Under the pieces are notes generated by a model that was not told the DNA's origin, ran no database searches, and saw only the letters and a program-made list of their open reading frames with translations. This document shows, piece by piece, positions 51,390-62,399 of a stretch of DNA of 64,000 nucleotides (the stretch's first letter is position 1; each line of letters starts with the position of its first letter). Location of the stretch: assembly GCF_009914755.1 (NCBI RefSeq), contig NC_060927.1; one strand, written 5' to 3'. The DNA is from the human T2T-CHM13v2.0 reference genome, Homo sapiens. The position numbers and the translations under genes were made by a program.

Positions 51390-51550
51390 TCAATCCTTAC
51401 AATAGCCCTGAGGCAGCATACATTAAGCCTTTTTACAAATGAGGAAACTGTATCAGAGAGATTAATTAACTTGCCCAAGATCACACAGCTAATACCCAGC
51501 AGACCCAGAGTGTGAGACCATGGCTGATTCCAAATCCTGCTTCCTTTCTA
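51390..51550 (-). mobile_element. MIR SINE
   Basis: ttttacaaatgaggaaactgtatcagagagattaattaacttgcccaagatcacacagcta. Confidence 0.75.
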
Positions 51551-51867
51551 GCCTCCCTTAGCTCCCTTTAAAGTATAAAATGCTCTTCTATTGACCTATG
51601 CACTAAGTTGTGGCAGTTAGTCAGTCAGCCAGTCTGTTAGCTGGTTGGTTAGTTACCTTTTCTCTCTGGCACTCTGTCCTGCTTGTTGCAAGGTTTTATG
51701 GGGAGAACGGCATCTTAGGCTTTGTCTTGTGGGGACTCAGGTGGACATCAGCTCCTAGTGCCTGCCCAGCCTGTTCCTCTCCCTCCGTGCACCTCTCCTT
51801 TGTGGAAGCTGCAGAGTGAAGTATTCTGGACCCATCCCATCTTCCCCTGGCCCTGCCCTTTCCACAG

Positions 51868-52011
51868 GTAACTACCTGATCATGCCCTCAGGGAACCTCC
51901 AGATTGTGAATGCCAGCCAGGAGGACGAGGGCATGTACAAGTGTGCAGCCTACAACCCAGTGACCCAGGAAGTGAAAACCTCCGGCTCCAGCGACAGGCT
52001 ACGTGTGCGCC
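51868..52011 (+). CDS. BOC: BOC coding exon 4: Ig2 C-terminal half ([12 protein letters not shown]...DEGMYKCAA...RLRVR)
   Basis: Acceptor ctttccacag|, donor C|gtaagg, 144 nt, phase 1-1; DxGxYxC Ig motif. Confidence 0.96.
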
Positions 52012-52599
52012 GTAAGGCCCGGGCCCACCTGCTGGGGGATGGGGGATCACTGATGGAAGGGCTCACAAAGATGGAAAGGGAGGTAGATACCTGGAGGTGC
52101 CACATCCAAGCTCCAGTTCTGTGTGCACTGGCTTTGGCCAGGGGGACAGCCAGGGGTTCTCAGCCAGGGATTCTCTCCCCTCTGGCCGGCCTCAGGGCCA
52201 GCATCTCACAGCACACAGCACCAGGCGACTGCCTGCTGCCACACCTGCCTGATGGGAGGTTTCCTTCACGGTTACTTTGCGATTGGGATGGGTCAGAATG
52301 TGTGTGCTGGGACAGGACGGTGGGTCTTGTCTCAAGCTCAGCAGCGGACACAGCATGTGCCTAGAACAGATGGCCACGTGGGAGGCCTCCAGGCTGCTGT
52401 TCTGCCCTATATGAGGTCCCTGGGCCTGCACTCTCTGCACTGATGAGGTGTGCCCTGCACCACCCTCTGGTGAGCTTCCGGGAGGCCCACATGCTCTCAA
52501 TGCACAGGAAAACAGCAGCTACCTTTCCGTGCGCTTGCCTGGATCCCTGCCAATTCAAAGGAGTGACATCTTACACGGAGTTAGGCTTAGAGTTGGCAC

Positions 52600-52765
52600 C
52601 AGAGATGGAATCACTGTGAAGCTAATGAAGTTAAACTTCCATCGTCTTTCACTCACTGACAGAAGCCTCACAAGGCCCTAACTTTGTATGTATCATTTTC
52701 CATTCTTTTTGGGGCCTCCGAAACTGTATAAATTTCAGGTTTTAGAAAACCTGGGTGTGTCCCTG
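52600..52765. mobile_element. MER53-type hAT MITE
   Basis: cagagatgga...gtgaagctaatgaagttaaacttc...ggggcctccgaaactgtataaatttcagg...aaaacctgggtgtgtccctg. Confidence 0.65.
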
Positions 52766-53476
52766 GTTGGCATATAAAGCGGAATCACACATAGTCCCCT
52801 TGCTCCTTGAAGGTTGCTGAGGAACGGCACACATTAGAGAGTAAACAGGCCTTTCAGTGAGTTCTCTGCAGTTTGTCCACAGTGTTGAAAAAAGATTACA
52901 GCTTTCCCAGCTGTGCACCTGAGGAAGTACATAGGTGATTTGCATTTGGGGACCTTGCAATATGAGAAATGCATGTGTTTAAACAGTGGATTCCATTCAG
53001 CTCAGCCGGAGGCCGGCTCTGAGATGCTCACTGAGAGACAGTTGGGCCTGAGAACCATAGGGTGGGGTTGAGAGCATGGCAGATTCTTGTTTCCCATCTC
53101 ATCTTCAGCCTCACAGCGCACATACTGAGTGCAAGCAGAAAGAAATATCTGTACCATTTAAACTGCCTCTACACTCCCTCACCTTTCTCTCTTTGCCAGC
53201 ACACAGTTAACTGTGCATATGTTATGTTGATGCTGCTGTTCTTCTGTGTTATCTCATTTCTTACTCATAACAGCTCCCTGCAGAAGCAGTCCTTGTTTCT
53301 GATAAGGACACCAAGCCCCAAGGGAATTCTGTAGCACGCCCCACTCTACATAGGTTGAAAGACCCGGAATGGCTGTTTGATCCCATCTCCATGCTCTCTG
53401 GGACTGCCTCCTGGGCATGCTCTACAGGACATCCTGGTCCACACGCCTTCTGTCCTTGCCCTCCTTGCCCCTCCAG

Positions 53477-53770
53477 GCTCCACCGCTGAGGCTGCCCGCA
53501 TCATCTACCCCCCAGAGGCCCAAACCATCATCGTCACCAAAGGCCAGAGTCTCATTCTGGAGTGTGTGGCCAGTGGAATCCCACCCCCACGGGTCACCTG
53601 GGCCAAGGATGGGTCCAGTGTCACCGGCTACAACAAGACGCGCTTCCTGCTGAGCAACCTCCTCATCGACACCACCAGCGAGGAGGACTCAGGCACCTAC
53701 CGCTGCATGGCCGACAATGGGGTTGGGCAGCCCGGGGCAGCGGTCATCCTCTACAATGTCCAGGTGTTTG
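53477..53770 (+). CDS. BOC: BOC coding exon 5: Ig3 (STAEAARIIYPP...DSGTYRCMA...NVQVF)
   Basis: Acceptor cccctccag|, donor G|gtgagt, 294 nt, phase 1-1; LEC...W...DSGTYRC I-set motifs. Confidence 0.97.
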
Positions 53771-54135
53771 GTGAGTGTCTGCTGTGGACTGTCTTCTGCT
53801 TGGCCTTCTCTCTGGTCTGTGCAGCCTTTCTAGAAATGTAACCCAGGCTCACAAAGGGTTAGCATCTTGTGAAAGGCCACATGCTGAGTGAGGAACAGGC
53901 ATGCTGAAGAGTCAGGGCTCTTCGGATCCCAGAGTAAGAGCACGCAGTCCTGGAGCCCTCCTGTCATGATTCTGATGGTGGAGACATCAGACCTCTCCTT
54001 CCCTCTACTCTGCCCATTAGGAAAAAGCAACAGCCAAAGGGCAGGGGAGCTGCTCCTAACTACATCCCTCCCAGCCCATCTGGCCCTGGGACAGAAAGAC
54101 ACAGCCCTTCTCACCCTGCTCTGGTTTCCTGGCAG

Positions 54136-54408
54136 AACCCCCTGAGGTCACCATGGAGCTATCCCAGCTGGTCATCCCCTGGGGCCAGAGTGCCAAGCTT
54201 ACCTGTGAGGTGCGTGGGAACCCCCCGCCCTCCGTGCTGTGGCTGAGGAATGCTGTGCCCCTCATCTCCAGCCAGCGCCTCCGGCTCTCCCGCAGGGCCC
54301 TGCGCGTGCTCAGCATGGGGCCTGAGGACGAAGGCGTCTACCAGTGCATGGCCGAGAACGAGGTTGGGAGCGCCCATGCCGTAGTCCAGCTGCGGACCTC
54401 CAGGCCAA
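54136..54408 (+). CDS. BOC: BOC coding exon 6: Ig4 (PPEVTMELSQ...DEGVYQCMA...RTSRP)
   Basis: Acceptor tttcctggcag|, donor A|gtgagt, 273 nt, phase 1-1; LTC...W...DEGVYQC motifs. Confidence 0.97.
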
Positions 54409-55441
54409 GTGAGTGTAGCCCAGGGGTCTGAGATTCCAGCTGATGATTCACTGAATCCTTTTCTCAAATGAAATCTAACTTGGAACCCCAGTATATAAGA
54501 TAGAAAAAAGTAGCTTTTAGTTGTAAGCTCAAATTTATATGAACTTAATAAATCTGAAGTACAGATTTTCACTAATGAAAATAACCCATTTAATTGCTGT
54601 ATTTTAAAAAAATATTTCTGTGGAACCCAGTTTGACAACCACCACTCTAGTGCTTTGGTAAAGAAAAGCCAGTCTGTCCTTCTCAGCAAGCTTCATTCCA
54701 GTTGGGGCCTATGCCAGCTGAGCAGTGACCATGCTCAACCTAGGGAGAGGTAATGGGGATGCAGAGCAACACGGCAAAGACCCTGCCCTCGAGAACTCCC
54801 CTATGGAGACGAAACTTACCAGGGAAACAACTTGAGAAAAATACAGCAATGAATATAATACGATGCTAAGTCAGCATTATCGGGTGCCCATGTCCTGTGG
54901 TGGGGAAGGTCAGGTAGAGGAGAGACAGGTGCTGGCAGATTCTGTGGAAACCTCCTGAAGGAAGCACTGCCCCTCCTGGCCTCACAGACTCTCAGAGGAC
55001 ATTCCCAGTTGCGTTCATATCTCATATTCAGTAGGAAAAGGCCCACATGGTGCCGTGGTGTTAAAATTCCACCATGAAGGGACATGTCCCCACCTCCAGC
55101 CTAGACCGAGAAGGAAGGCGCAGGGTTCCTGGGCCTCGGGAGAAAATTGAGTTAGTTCACTGGAGATGCACCTCACGTGGATTCAGGAGTTTGCTTGCCA
55201 TACCCAAGCCACCCCTGAGCCCTGGCCAGGCAGGCCAGCCTGCCTTTTCCTTCTGGCAGGACAGGGACACCAGCGCTGTCTTTCACGGAGCCTGGCTGGG
55301 CAGCACAGAGTGGGTGGCGGTACAGCTGATGGTGGGCCCAGGTTGCCTCTCTGTCTTCTTTCTGTTTTCTCCCCAGGAACAACAGCTCAGCAGGTAAACC
55401 AGGAGACTAACCTTTCCTTCTGCTTCCTGTTGGTCCTCCAG

Positions 55442-55749
55442 GCATAACCCCAAGGCTATGGCAGGATGCTGAGCTGGCTACTGGCACACCTCCTGTATCA
55501 CCCTCCAAACTCGGCAACCCTGAGCAGATGCTGAGGGGGCAACCGGCGCTCCCCAGACCCCCAACGTCAGTGGGGCCTGCTTCCCCACAGTGTCCAGGAG
55601 AGAAGGGGCAGGGGGCTCCCGCCGAGGCTCCCATCATCCTCAGCTCGCCCCGCACCTCCAAGACAGACTCATATGAACTGGTGTGGCGGCCTCGGCATGA
55701 GGGCAGTGGCCGGGCGCCAATCCTCTACTATGTGGTGAAACACCGCAAG
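55442..55749 (+). CDS. BOC: BOC coding exon 7: Pro-rich linker plus N-terminal half of FNIII-1 (ITPRLWQD...ILYYVVKHRK)
   Basis: Branch-point consensus gactaac at 55405-55411, acceptor gtcctccag|, donor AAG|gtatgg; 308 nt, phase 1-0. Confidence 0.95.
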
Positions 55750-58284
55750 GTATGGCCCTGGTGTGGGGCTGCTGCCTCCCCTGCACAGCCTTTCCAGCAA
55801 GGCTGAGCAGAGTCACTGTCTCTTGGCCATCTCCCCTTGAGCTCCTGAAGCCTGAGCCGGTAATCCCCACCACTAAACAGGCCCTTCTGTCTCCTCCAGT
55901 GTCCATCCCTGCCACCTCCCAGGAAGCTGGTTGTAAGATGGGTGTGTGGGACCCTGGAAGGCCCAGGAAAAAGCCTTGTGCGTGCATCCAGTACTAAGCT
56001 CTATGCACTCAATTCCCAGAAGCTCACACTGGCTTCTAGTCCCTGAGGAGACCGTGAACAGTCTCCCTGGTAACCATCACCCTCCTTCTTGCTTTCCTCT
56101 GTCGTTAGTTGTTGATGTTACATTTTGGTTTTTTATGAAAGTAAGCCGTGCTGGGTACATACCTGCAGGAACCCTGGCATGGTAAGCCAGCTGTAATGCC
56201 AGGAAAACAAATATTTGTGAACAAGTGTTTTCTCTGTAGGCTGTGAAACACCCGCTCAGTTCTCAGAATCTGTCATGGCTTGGGTTGGACAAGCAGGCAT
56301 TTGAGCTCAAAGCACATCATGTTGTTCAGACCTCAGCTGTTTCTCCTTGACAGAAGGAAGTCTGTCCAGGTGAATGCTTCAGGAGCTGTCAGGGAGGGAG
56401 TCTCGGGCTCTGACAGGATGCGGGGGCAGAGCCCAGCCAGGCCTATGCTCCTGGACACTGTGTCCTGTGAGGCAGGGCAGGGTCCCCAGGCCGCCACTCT
56501 CGCTCAAGGCCGTGCTCTTACCTGCCGTTACCCCACAGGGATGAGGACATGAAATTCCCTGTAAGAAAATGTCCTTGAAAATGTTTTTGTTCACTCCAAG
56601 TATATGCCATTTTCTTTCTAAGGCCATTTGATAGTAGAAAACTATTATTCTTAAATGGTTTTTTAAAAATTGTATGTGATAAAAGCATATACATGCTGAT
56701 TTTGCTTATAAAAATGCTATGTGCACTTGATGGAAAGCATATGAATGTGGAATTAAAAGTCTTTCTCCACTCCTCCCCACCTCCACAAACAAGCAAGAAA
56801 ACAGAACCAACCCTGCACAGTGGAGAGCGCTAGCTGTGCGGAAGCTGTTTCCCTGCCTTGGAGCCCTGGCCCCTGACTCCTTCTATTCTGTTTTTTTCCC
56901 CTTACATGCTCTCCTAGAAGTCCTTGGGTCAGGACAAGTCCACAGAGACCCTGGGGTTGTCAGAAAGACACCTAAGGCAGAGCACCCCCTATGCCCCCTC
57001 TGCTGCCTCCCCAGAGGCAGGGGGACGGGGCGAGCAGTTTCTCATTAGCCCTCCACCTGCTGGCCTCTTCATAGGCAGCCAGCAAAGCGGGTGAATGAGT
57101 TTTTAACAAAAAGCAGCATTGTTCACATGTTGTAGGGCAGGGCTGGTCCTAATCCTGTTTCCCCATGTAACTGGACACCTCCATCTCAGAGTTGTAGACA
57201 AAGATCAGGGCAGGCCAAACGCCCATGGTTCCCAGGAGACAAAACCCAGCATGAGAGCAAGACTAATATTTTTCAGGCCAATAGGTGGCCGTGCAGCAGC
57301 CTCGCAGAAGAGGCAGATTGGCAAAGGCCATGCCGTGGTGATCCGGAAATGCCAGGCTCAGGCCGCATTCACCCCCTCAGTGTGTGTGACAGTGACTAAT
57401 TACCCTTCTATTTCTTATTTTCATTTCTGGGCCCAGTGGAAGTGTGAGGCCAGTGCTGGGAGGGCAGGGTACATGGGGCGCAGGGGAAGTGAGAGTCCGG
57501 ACAGGCCCCTGCTGCGTCTGGCTTCTCTCAGGCTCCAGCCTGGGGTCTCCTCAGCCTGGGGTTGCCAAGGCAGAAGTTCTGGCTTGAAAGCAGTTCCTCT
57601 CTTACGGAACTAACAAGTCTTAAAGATCACCCGAGAAAGAATTTGAAATCGAAAGTCAGCATTCGGGCTGTGTTTTTTCATCCCCCTTCTCTTGCTGGGG
57701 ATTGGGAATCATTCAGCTAATTTTCACTGTTTCACATCCATGAAGCAAGTTTCATTTCCTGGTGCATCTGCAGACCCTGGGCTACTGTGTTTGGGTTTCC
57801 AGCACCACTGGGGAGTCTCAGTTTGTAAAAACGTCTCCCCTTGGAACAAATCCTGGAAGCCTGACAATGAGCCCAGACCATTCCTGTGCCTTGAATGGTA
57901 GGTTTTGTTCGACTTTGGAATATTCTGCTCAGAGAGAAGAGCTTTTCCTTACAGCTGTTTTCTTCCTTCAGCAAACCACAACTTGAGGCTCCAGCAGGTT
58001 CTCTGGGGTGTAGAGTTGGCAGTAAAGTCTGTTGTCCCGAAAGGTGGCGCGGCAAAGATGAGCAGCCTCTCAGCATCACCTGTTGGGGAGCCTGGAGCTC
58101 CCTTACTTTTTCCTTTAAAGAGCTAGGAATTTGAAGCTATTAAAGATTAATCCATCACAGTCACAATTCATCCACAGTTTTTAAGTTCTGAGCAAGGACT
58201 GAAGGCAGGAGCGGAAACAAAGAGGATTGAAATGATAGAAACTGCACTGGGCTGAGGATGTGGAGAGGGGTCTAGAGAGGCCAG

Positions 58285-58480
58285 GCATTTGCTGGGCATC
58301 TACTGTGCACCAAGCTCACTGTGGGGCACTTTATACAACTTCTCTCATTTAATCTTCAGAATAACCTGAGAGAGTTTATTTGCCTCATTGGTGAAATGCA
58401 GAGCTGAAGGGTCAGAGAGTTAGGGGACTTGCTCTGAGTTACACAACCGGGATTTGAACCCAGGACTTTGGATCCCAGAC
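58285..58480 (-). mobile_element. MIR SINE
   Basis: catttgctgggcatctactgtgcacc...ctcatttaatcttc...ccgggatttgaacccagg. Confidence 0.7.
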
Positions 58481-58494
58481 TCTTCTTCCCAGGA

Positions 58495-58730
58495 TAGGGT
58501 GCAATGATGGGCATGCTCTTTGGAGTCAAGTCACCGTTTTGGTGCTCACTAGCCGTGTGGCCTTGAGCAAATTGCTCATTTCTCTAAACCTTAGTCTCCC
58601 TATTTGTGAAGTGGAAACAATATTAACACCAATCTTTTGGGCTATTTTGAGGAAAAGGAAGTAGCACCTATAAACTGCTTAGTTCCATGCATAGCACAGA
58701 GCAAGTGCTTAGCGAATGTTGCTATTTTAA
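58495..58730 (+). mobile_element. MIR SINE, head-to-head with the preceding MIR
   Basis: ctttggagtcaag...cactagccgtgtggccttgagcaaattgctcatttctctaaaccttagtctccc...aatgttgctatt. Confidence 0.7.
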
Positions 58731-59161
58731 TGGGTGCTGATACTTTCGTTACCTTTCTCATCATTGTGTCTCATTAGAATATAAGCAGAGGGAACTGCAT
58801 TTGGTTTACATACAGAAGGAGAAAGAAAACAAAACATGGAGATTCTTTGAAATACAGGGAGAGAAGGTCTTTGGAGGAGTTCTCAGCAATATCAGTCAGG
58901 CTGTCTGACTTCCCCCACTGAGGTTTCTTTGATGAGATCATTAGACGAGGGATCAGGGAGCCTGACTTGAATGTCCCAGTGAGGTTGGTGTCCCATAGCC
59001 AGGGGGGCCAGTCCGAGGCTGTGCCACCCTAACCCCAACCTGGCTTATCGTCCTTCCCCTTCTCCTGCCCTCTTGGGCTCAGCGCTGCTTTCTTTGTAAA
59101 CCATAGCCCACTCGTAGCCCGAGGCTGAGATGCCGGTCTTTATACCAGCTACCTTCTCCAG

Positions 59162-59324
59162 CAGGTCACAAATTCCTCTGACGATTGGACCATCTCTGGC
59201 ATTCCAGCCAACCAGCACCGCCTGACCCTCACCAGACTTGACCCCGGGAGCTTGTATGAAGTGGAGATGGCAGCTTACAACTGTGCGGGAGAGGGCCAGA
59301 CAGCCATGGTCACCTTCCGAACTG
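59162..59324 (+). CDS. BOC: BOC coding exon 8: C-terminal half of FNIII-1 ((Q)VTNSSDDWTISG...LDPGSLYEVEMAAYN...TFRT); NAGNAG acceptor, alternative start 59165
   Basis: Acceptor ccttctccag|CAG|GTC, donor G|gtgaga; FNIII L-P-x-x-x-Y-x-V motif; phase 0-1. Confidence 0.95.
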
Positions 59325-59739
59325 GTGAGAGTCAAACATTGCCCCTTGCTTAGGGTTTCCGTGGGTCTAAGCAAGTTCCACTGGCCCAGGTGAGAATTCC
59401 TGCTCACCTTGCCCCAGCTGTTCACCTTGAACTTCATCTTTCCTTCCAGCTACTGCCTCCTTGTGGTTTGTGTGCTAGGCTGAGGTCCCAGCTCTCATCA
59501 GGAGAGTAGCCAGCCGGCCTCTCTGGCACCCCTTCATCCCTCTCTCACACAGGGGCCAGCAATAGTACCACAACAGAACCAGTCTCGGCCGAGGCTGAGC
59601 CCACACCCTCAGTGCCCCGGATGCTTATTTGCATCACTTTGTCATGCCGCTTAGCAGAGTCTCAGGCAAAAAGGACTCTGTGGGAGGGAGATCTCATGCC
59701 TGCTTCCTCCCTTGCTGACTACAACCCATTTCCACCCAG

Positions 59740-59850
59740 GACGGCGGCCCAAACCCGAGATCATGGCCAGCAAGGAGCAGCAGATCCAGAGAGACGACCC
59801 TGGAGCCAGTCCCCAGAGCAGCAGCCAGCCAGACCACGGCCGCCTCTCCC
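59740..59850 (+). CDS. BOC: BOC coding exon 9: FNIII-1/FNIII-2 linker (RRPKPEIMASKEQQIQRDD...HGRLS)
   Basis: Acceptor tttccacccag|, donor C|gtaagc, 111 nt, phase 1-1. Confidence 0.93.
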
Positions 59851-60241
59851 GTAAGCCGCTAGCAGCAGGGACGGACGCGCAGTCAGGACTGGAACTGCCT
59901 CAGAGGCCTGTTCCCATGGCTGAATGGGGTCTTGCTTCTGTAGGTCCAGGGTTTTTATGACATCTCCCAGTTAACCACAATGAGGAAATGTAGTTTGGAG
60001 CTTTTTAAATAAAAGGCTGGCATTGATGCTGGGATTGCTCACTGGGTGCATCCAGAGAGCAGCAGAGGCCAGAGCTGTGGTCCTTGGGCCTCCACACTCT
60101 GGCTTTGCAGAAGGATAGCATAAGGGGTCTTAGCTCAAAGCCCAGGCAGCCGTGGGGAGGTCTGATGTGAACACCAGTGGGTGGAGGGCTGTGGGGAGGA
60201 GCGGGCCCGTCAGGAGCAGGCCAGGCCCAGTGGGCATACAG

Positions 60242-60295
60242 CGTCATCTCACCCTGCTTCCTTCCTCACGTCATCTCACCCTGCTTCCTTCCTCA
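60242..60295. repeat. Perfect 27-bp tandem duplication in the branch-point region of coding exon 10
   Basis: cgtcatctcaccctgcttccttcctca occurs twice (60242-60268 and 60269-60295). Confidence 0.95.
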
Positions 60296-60315
60296 CTGGA
60301 TACGGTCTTTCCCAG

Positions 60316-60522
60316 CCCCAGAAGCTCCCGACAGGCCCACCATCTCCACGGCCTCCGAGACCTCAGTGTACGTGACCTGGATTCCCCGTGGGAATGGTGG
60401 GTTCCCAATCCAGTCCTTCCGTGTGGAGTACAAGAAGCTAAAGAAAGTGGGAGACTGGATTCTGGCCACCAGCGCCATCCCCCCGTCACGGCTGTCCGTG
60501 GAGATCACGGGCCTAGAGAAAG
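60316..60522 (+). CDS. BOC: BOC coding exon 10: FNIII-2 ([10 protein letters not shown]...VYVTWIP...FRVEYKK...ITGLEK)
   Basis: Acceptor tctttcccag|, donor G|gtaggg, 207 nt, phase 1-1; FNIII W and Y signature residues. Confidence 0.96.
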
Positions 60523-60890
60523 GTAGGGGCCTGGCCACACCGTGGCCTTGGCCTGATCCCCCAGCTGCCCCTTTCCGCCTGGAGGAGGATGACGAGCCTG
60601 GGATCCCCTTCTCTCGGCCCAGGCCCCCACCCACCAGCATGCCTCCATGTTGCTGTCTGTGGTGTTTACCACAGTCCTAAAGCCTTCTGCCTCCCTCCAG
60701 AAGAGCATCCAGAGCCATCTCCCCTGCAGCTCAGCTCTGACAGTGGCGGGTGTTCTTGTGAGGCCTTTGAGAACTTGCTTTGGGGAAGGGCTGCCCAGAA
60801 GACCCCTCCAGGTCCTGGGCCTTGAAAGGCCATGGGAGAATCAGAAGGTATTTCCCAGCTCCTGAGTTCAGTGAGTGTCCCTCTCACCAG

Positions 60891-61072
60891 GCACCTCCTA
60901 CAAGTTTCGAGTCCGGGCTCTGAACATGCTGGGGGAGAGCGAGCCCAGCGCCCCCTCTCGGCCCTACGTGGTGTCGGGCTACAGCGGTCGCGTGTACGAG
61001 AGGCCCGTGGCAGGTCCTTATATCACCTTCACGGATGCGGTCAATGAGACCACCATCATGCTCAAGTGGATG
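60891..61072 (+). CDS. BOC: BOC coding exon 11: end of FNIII-2 and start of FNIII-3 (TSYKFRVRALN...TTIMLKWM)
   Basis: Acceptor ctctcaccag|, donor ATG|gtaagc, 182 nt, phase 1-0. Confidence 0.96.
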
Positions 61073-61624
61073 GTAAGCGGGCCTGGCCGTGGACTGCAGT
61101 GGAAGACGGCCTCCCCTAAATGCCCTTCCCTGTGAGCCTGGGGATTAGACTCCCCCGAACAGGGCACCTGAAAGCTTCATCAGTGGAATTTGGGAGGCTC
61201 TTAGTGGCTGGAGCTGCTCTAGTGGTCTCCTGTTGATTCTGGTGCCTTGACCTGGTAGACCTCACCCTCCTTCCTGCCCTTCCCCTGACACCACAGGGGA
61301 TCCCAACACAACTGTTCAGGGCCCCTTCTCAGCCACAGGGGCCCCTCACATGTCCAGGGAGATCAGAAGCAATTGAAGTCTTTGGAGAAATGGCAATTTG
61401 TTTCTTCTCTTCAAAAGCTTAGGGACCTCTAGGCTAAATAAAATAATGAGTAATCTTTACAACATTTTTCAGAGAACCTCAGGGATATCATTAGAAATCT
61501 TTGCCAGGGGTCCCAAGTGAAATTCAAACTCTGGACTGGGGTAGAACCTTCATACACCAGTGGTTTTGCTTTGATGATGTTTTCTCTGCCCATTGTCAAC
61601 TTGTTTCTTCTCCATTCCCTATAG

Positions 61625-61730
61625 TACATCCCAGCAAGTAACAACAACACCCCAATCCATGGCTTTTATATCTATTATCGACCCACAGACAGTGACAATG
61701 ATAGTGACTACAAGAAGGATATGGTGGAAG
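61625..61730 (+). CDS. BOC: BOC coding exon 12: middle of FNIII-3 ([35 protein letters not shown])
   Basis: Acceptor ccattccctatag|, donor G|gtgaga, 106 nt, phase 0-1; [12 protein letters not shown] is the CDON/BOC-type segment of the Hedgehog-binding third FNIII domain. Confidence 0.96.
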
Positions 61731-62084
61731 GTGAGACACAGTTCTGTGTTTATAGCTTCTGCGTGATATAGTTTCCTCCACTGGCATGGGGGACAAGGTA
61801 TTGGTGAAATCTGGTGAAGCATAAACCTGCGTCTGGTGTGACACGAAGCTCTAAGCTCCGTGTCATTGACTCATTCATAATACCCTTGAAGCTGTCAACT
61901 TCATGAACCCATGTGATGATGGGACAACCTGGGTGGACACCTAGAACATTTCCTCCAGCGTTCCTCCACACGCCGCCCCTGTGCCAGTCAGTGGCATCCT
62001 CCCCCACACACTGCCCCAGCTGAGTCTGACTATGAGATTGGGATCAAGAAAACCATATACACATTGCCATGCACCATTCTCTGA

Positions 62085-62399
<315 letters not shown>

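Noticed and set aside
52012-52364. Long open read-through (about 117 codons) after coding exon 4
   Set aside because: GC-rich intron with a low stop-codon frequency, no nearby canonical poly(A) signal seen, and no domain features.
58285-58730. Head-to-head MIR pair as a dsRNA hairpin
   Set aside because: The copies are too diverged for stable long-range pairing as far as I can judge by eye.
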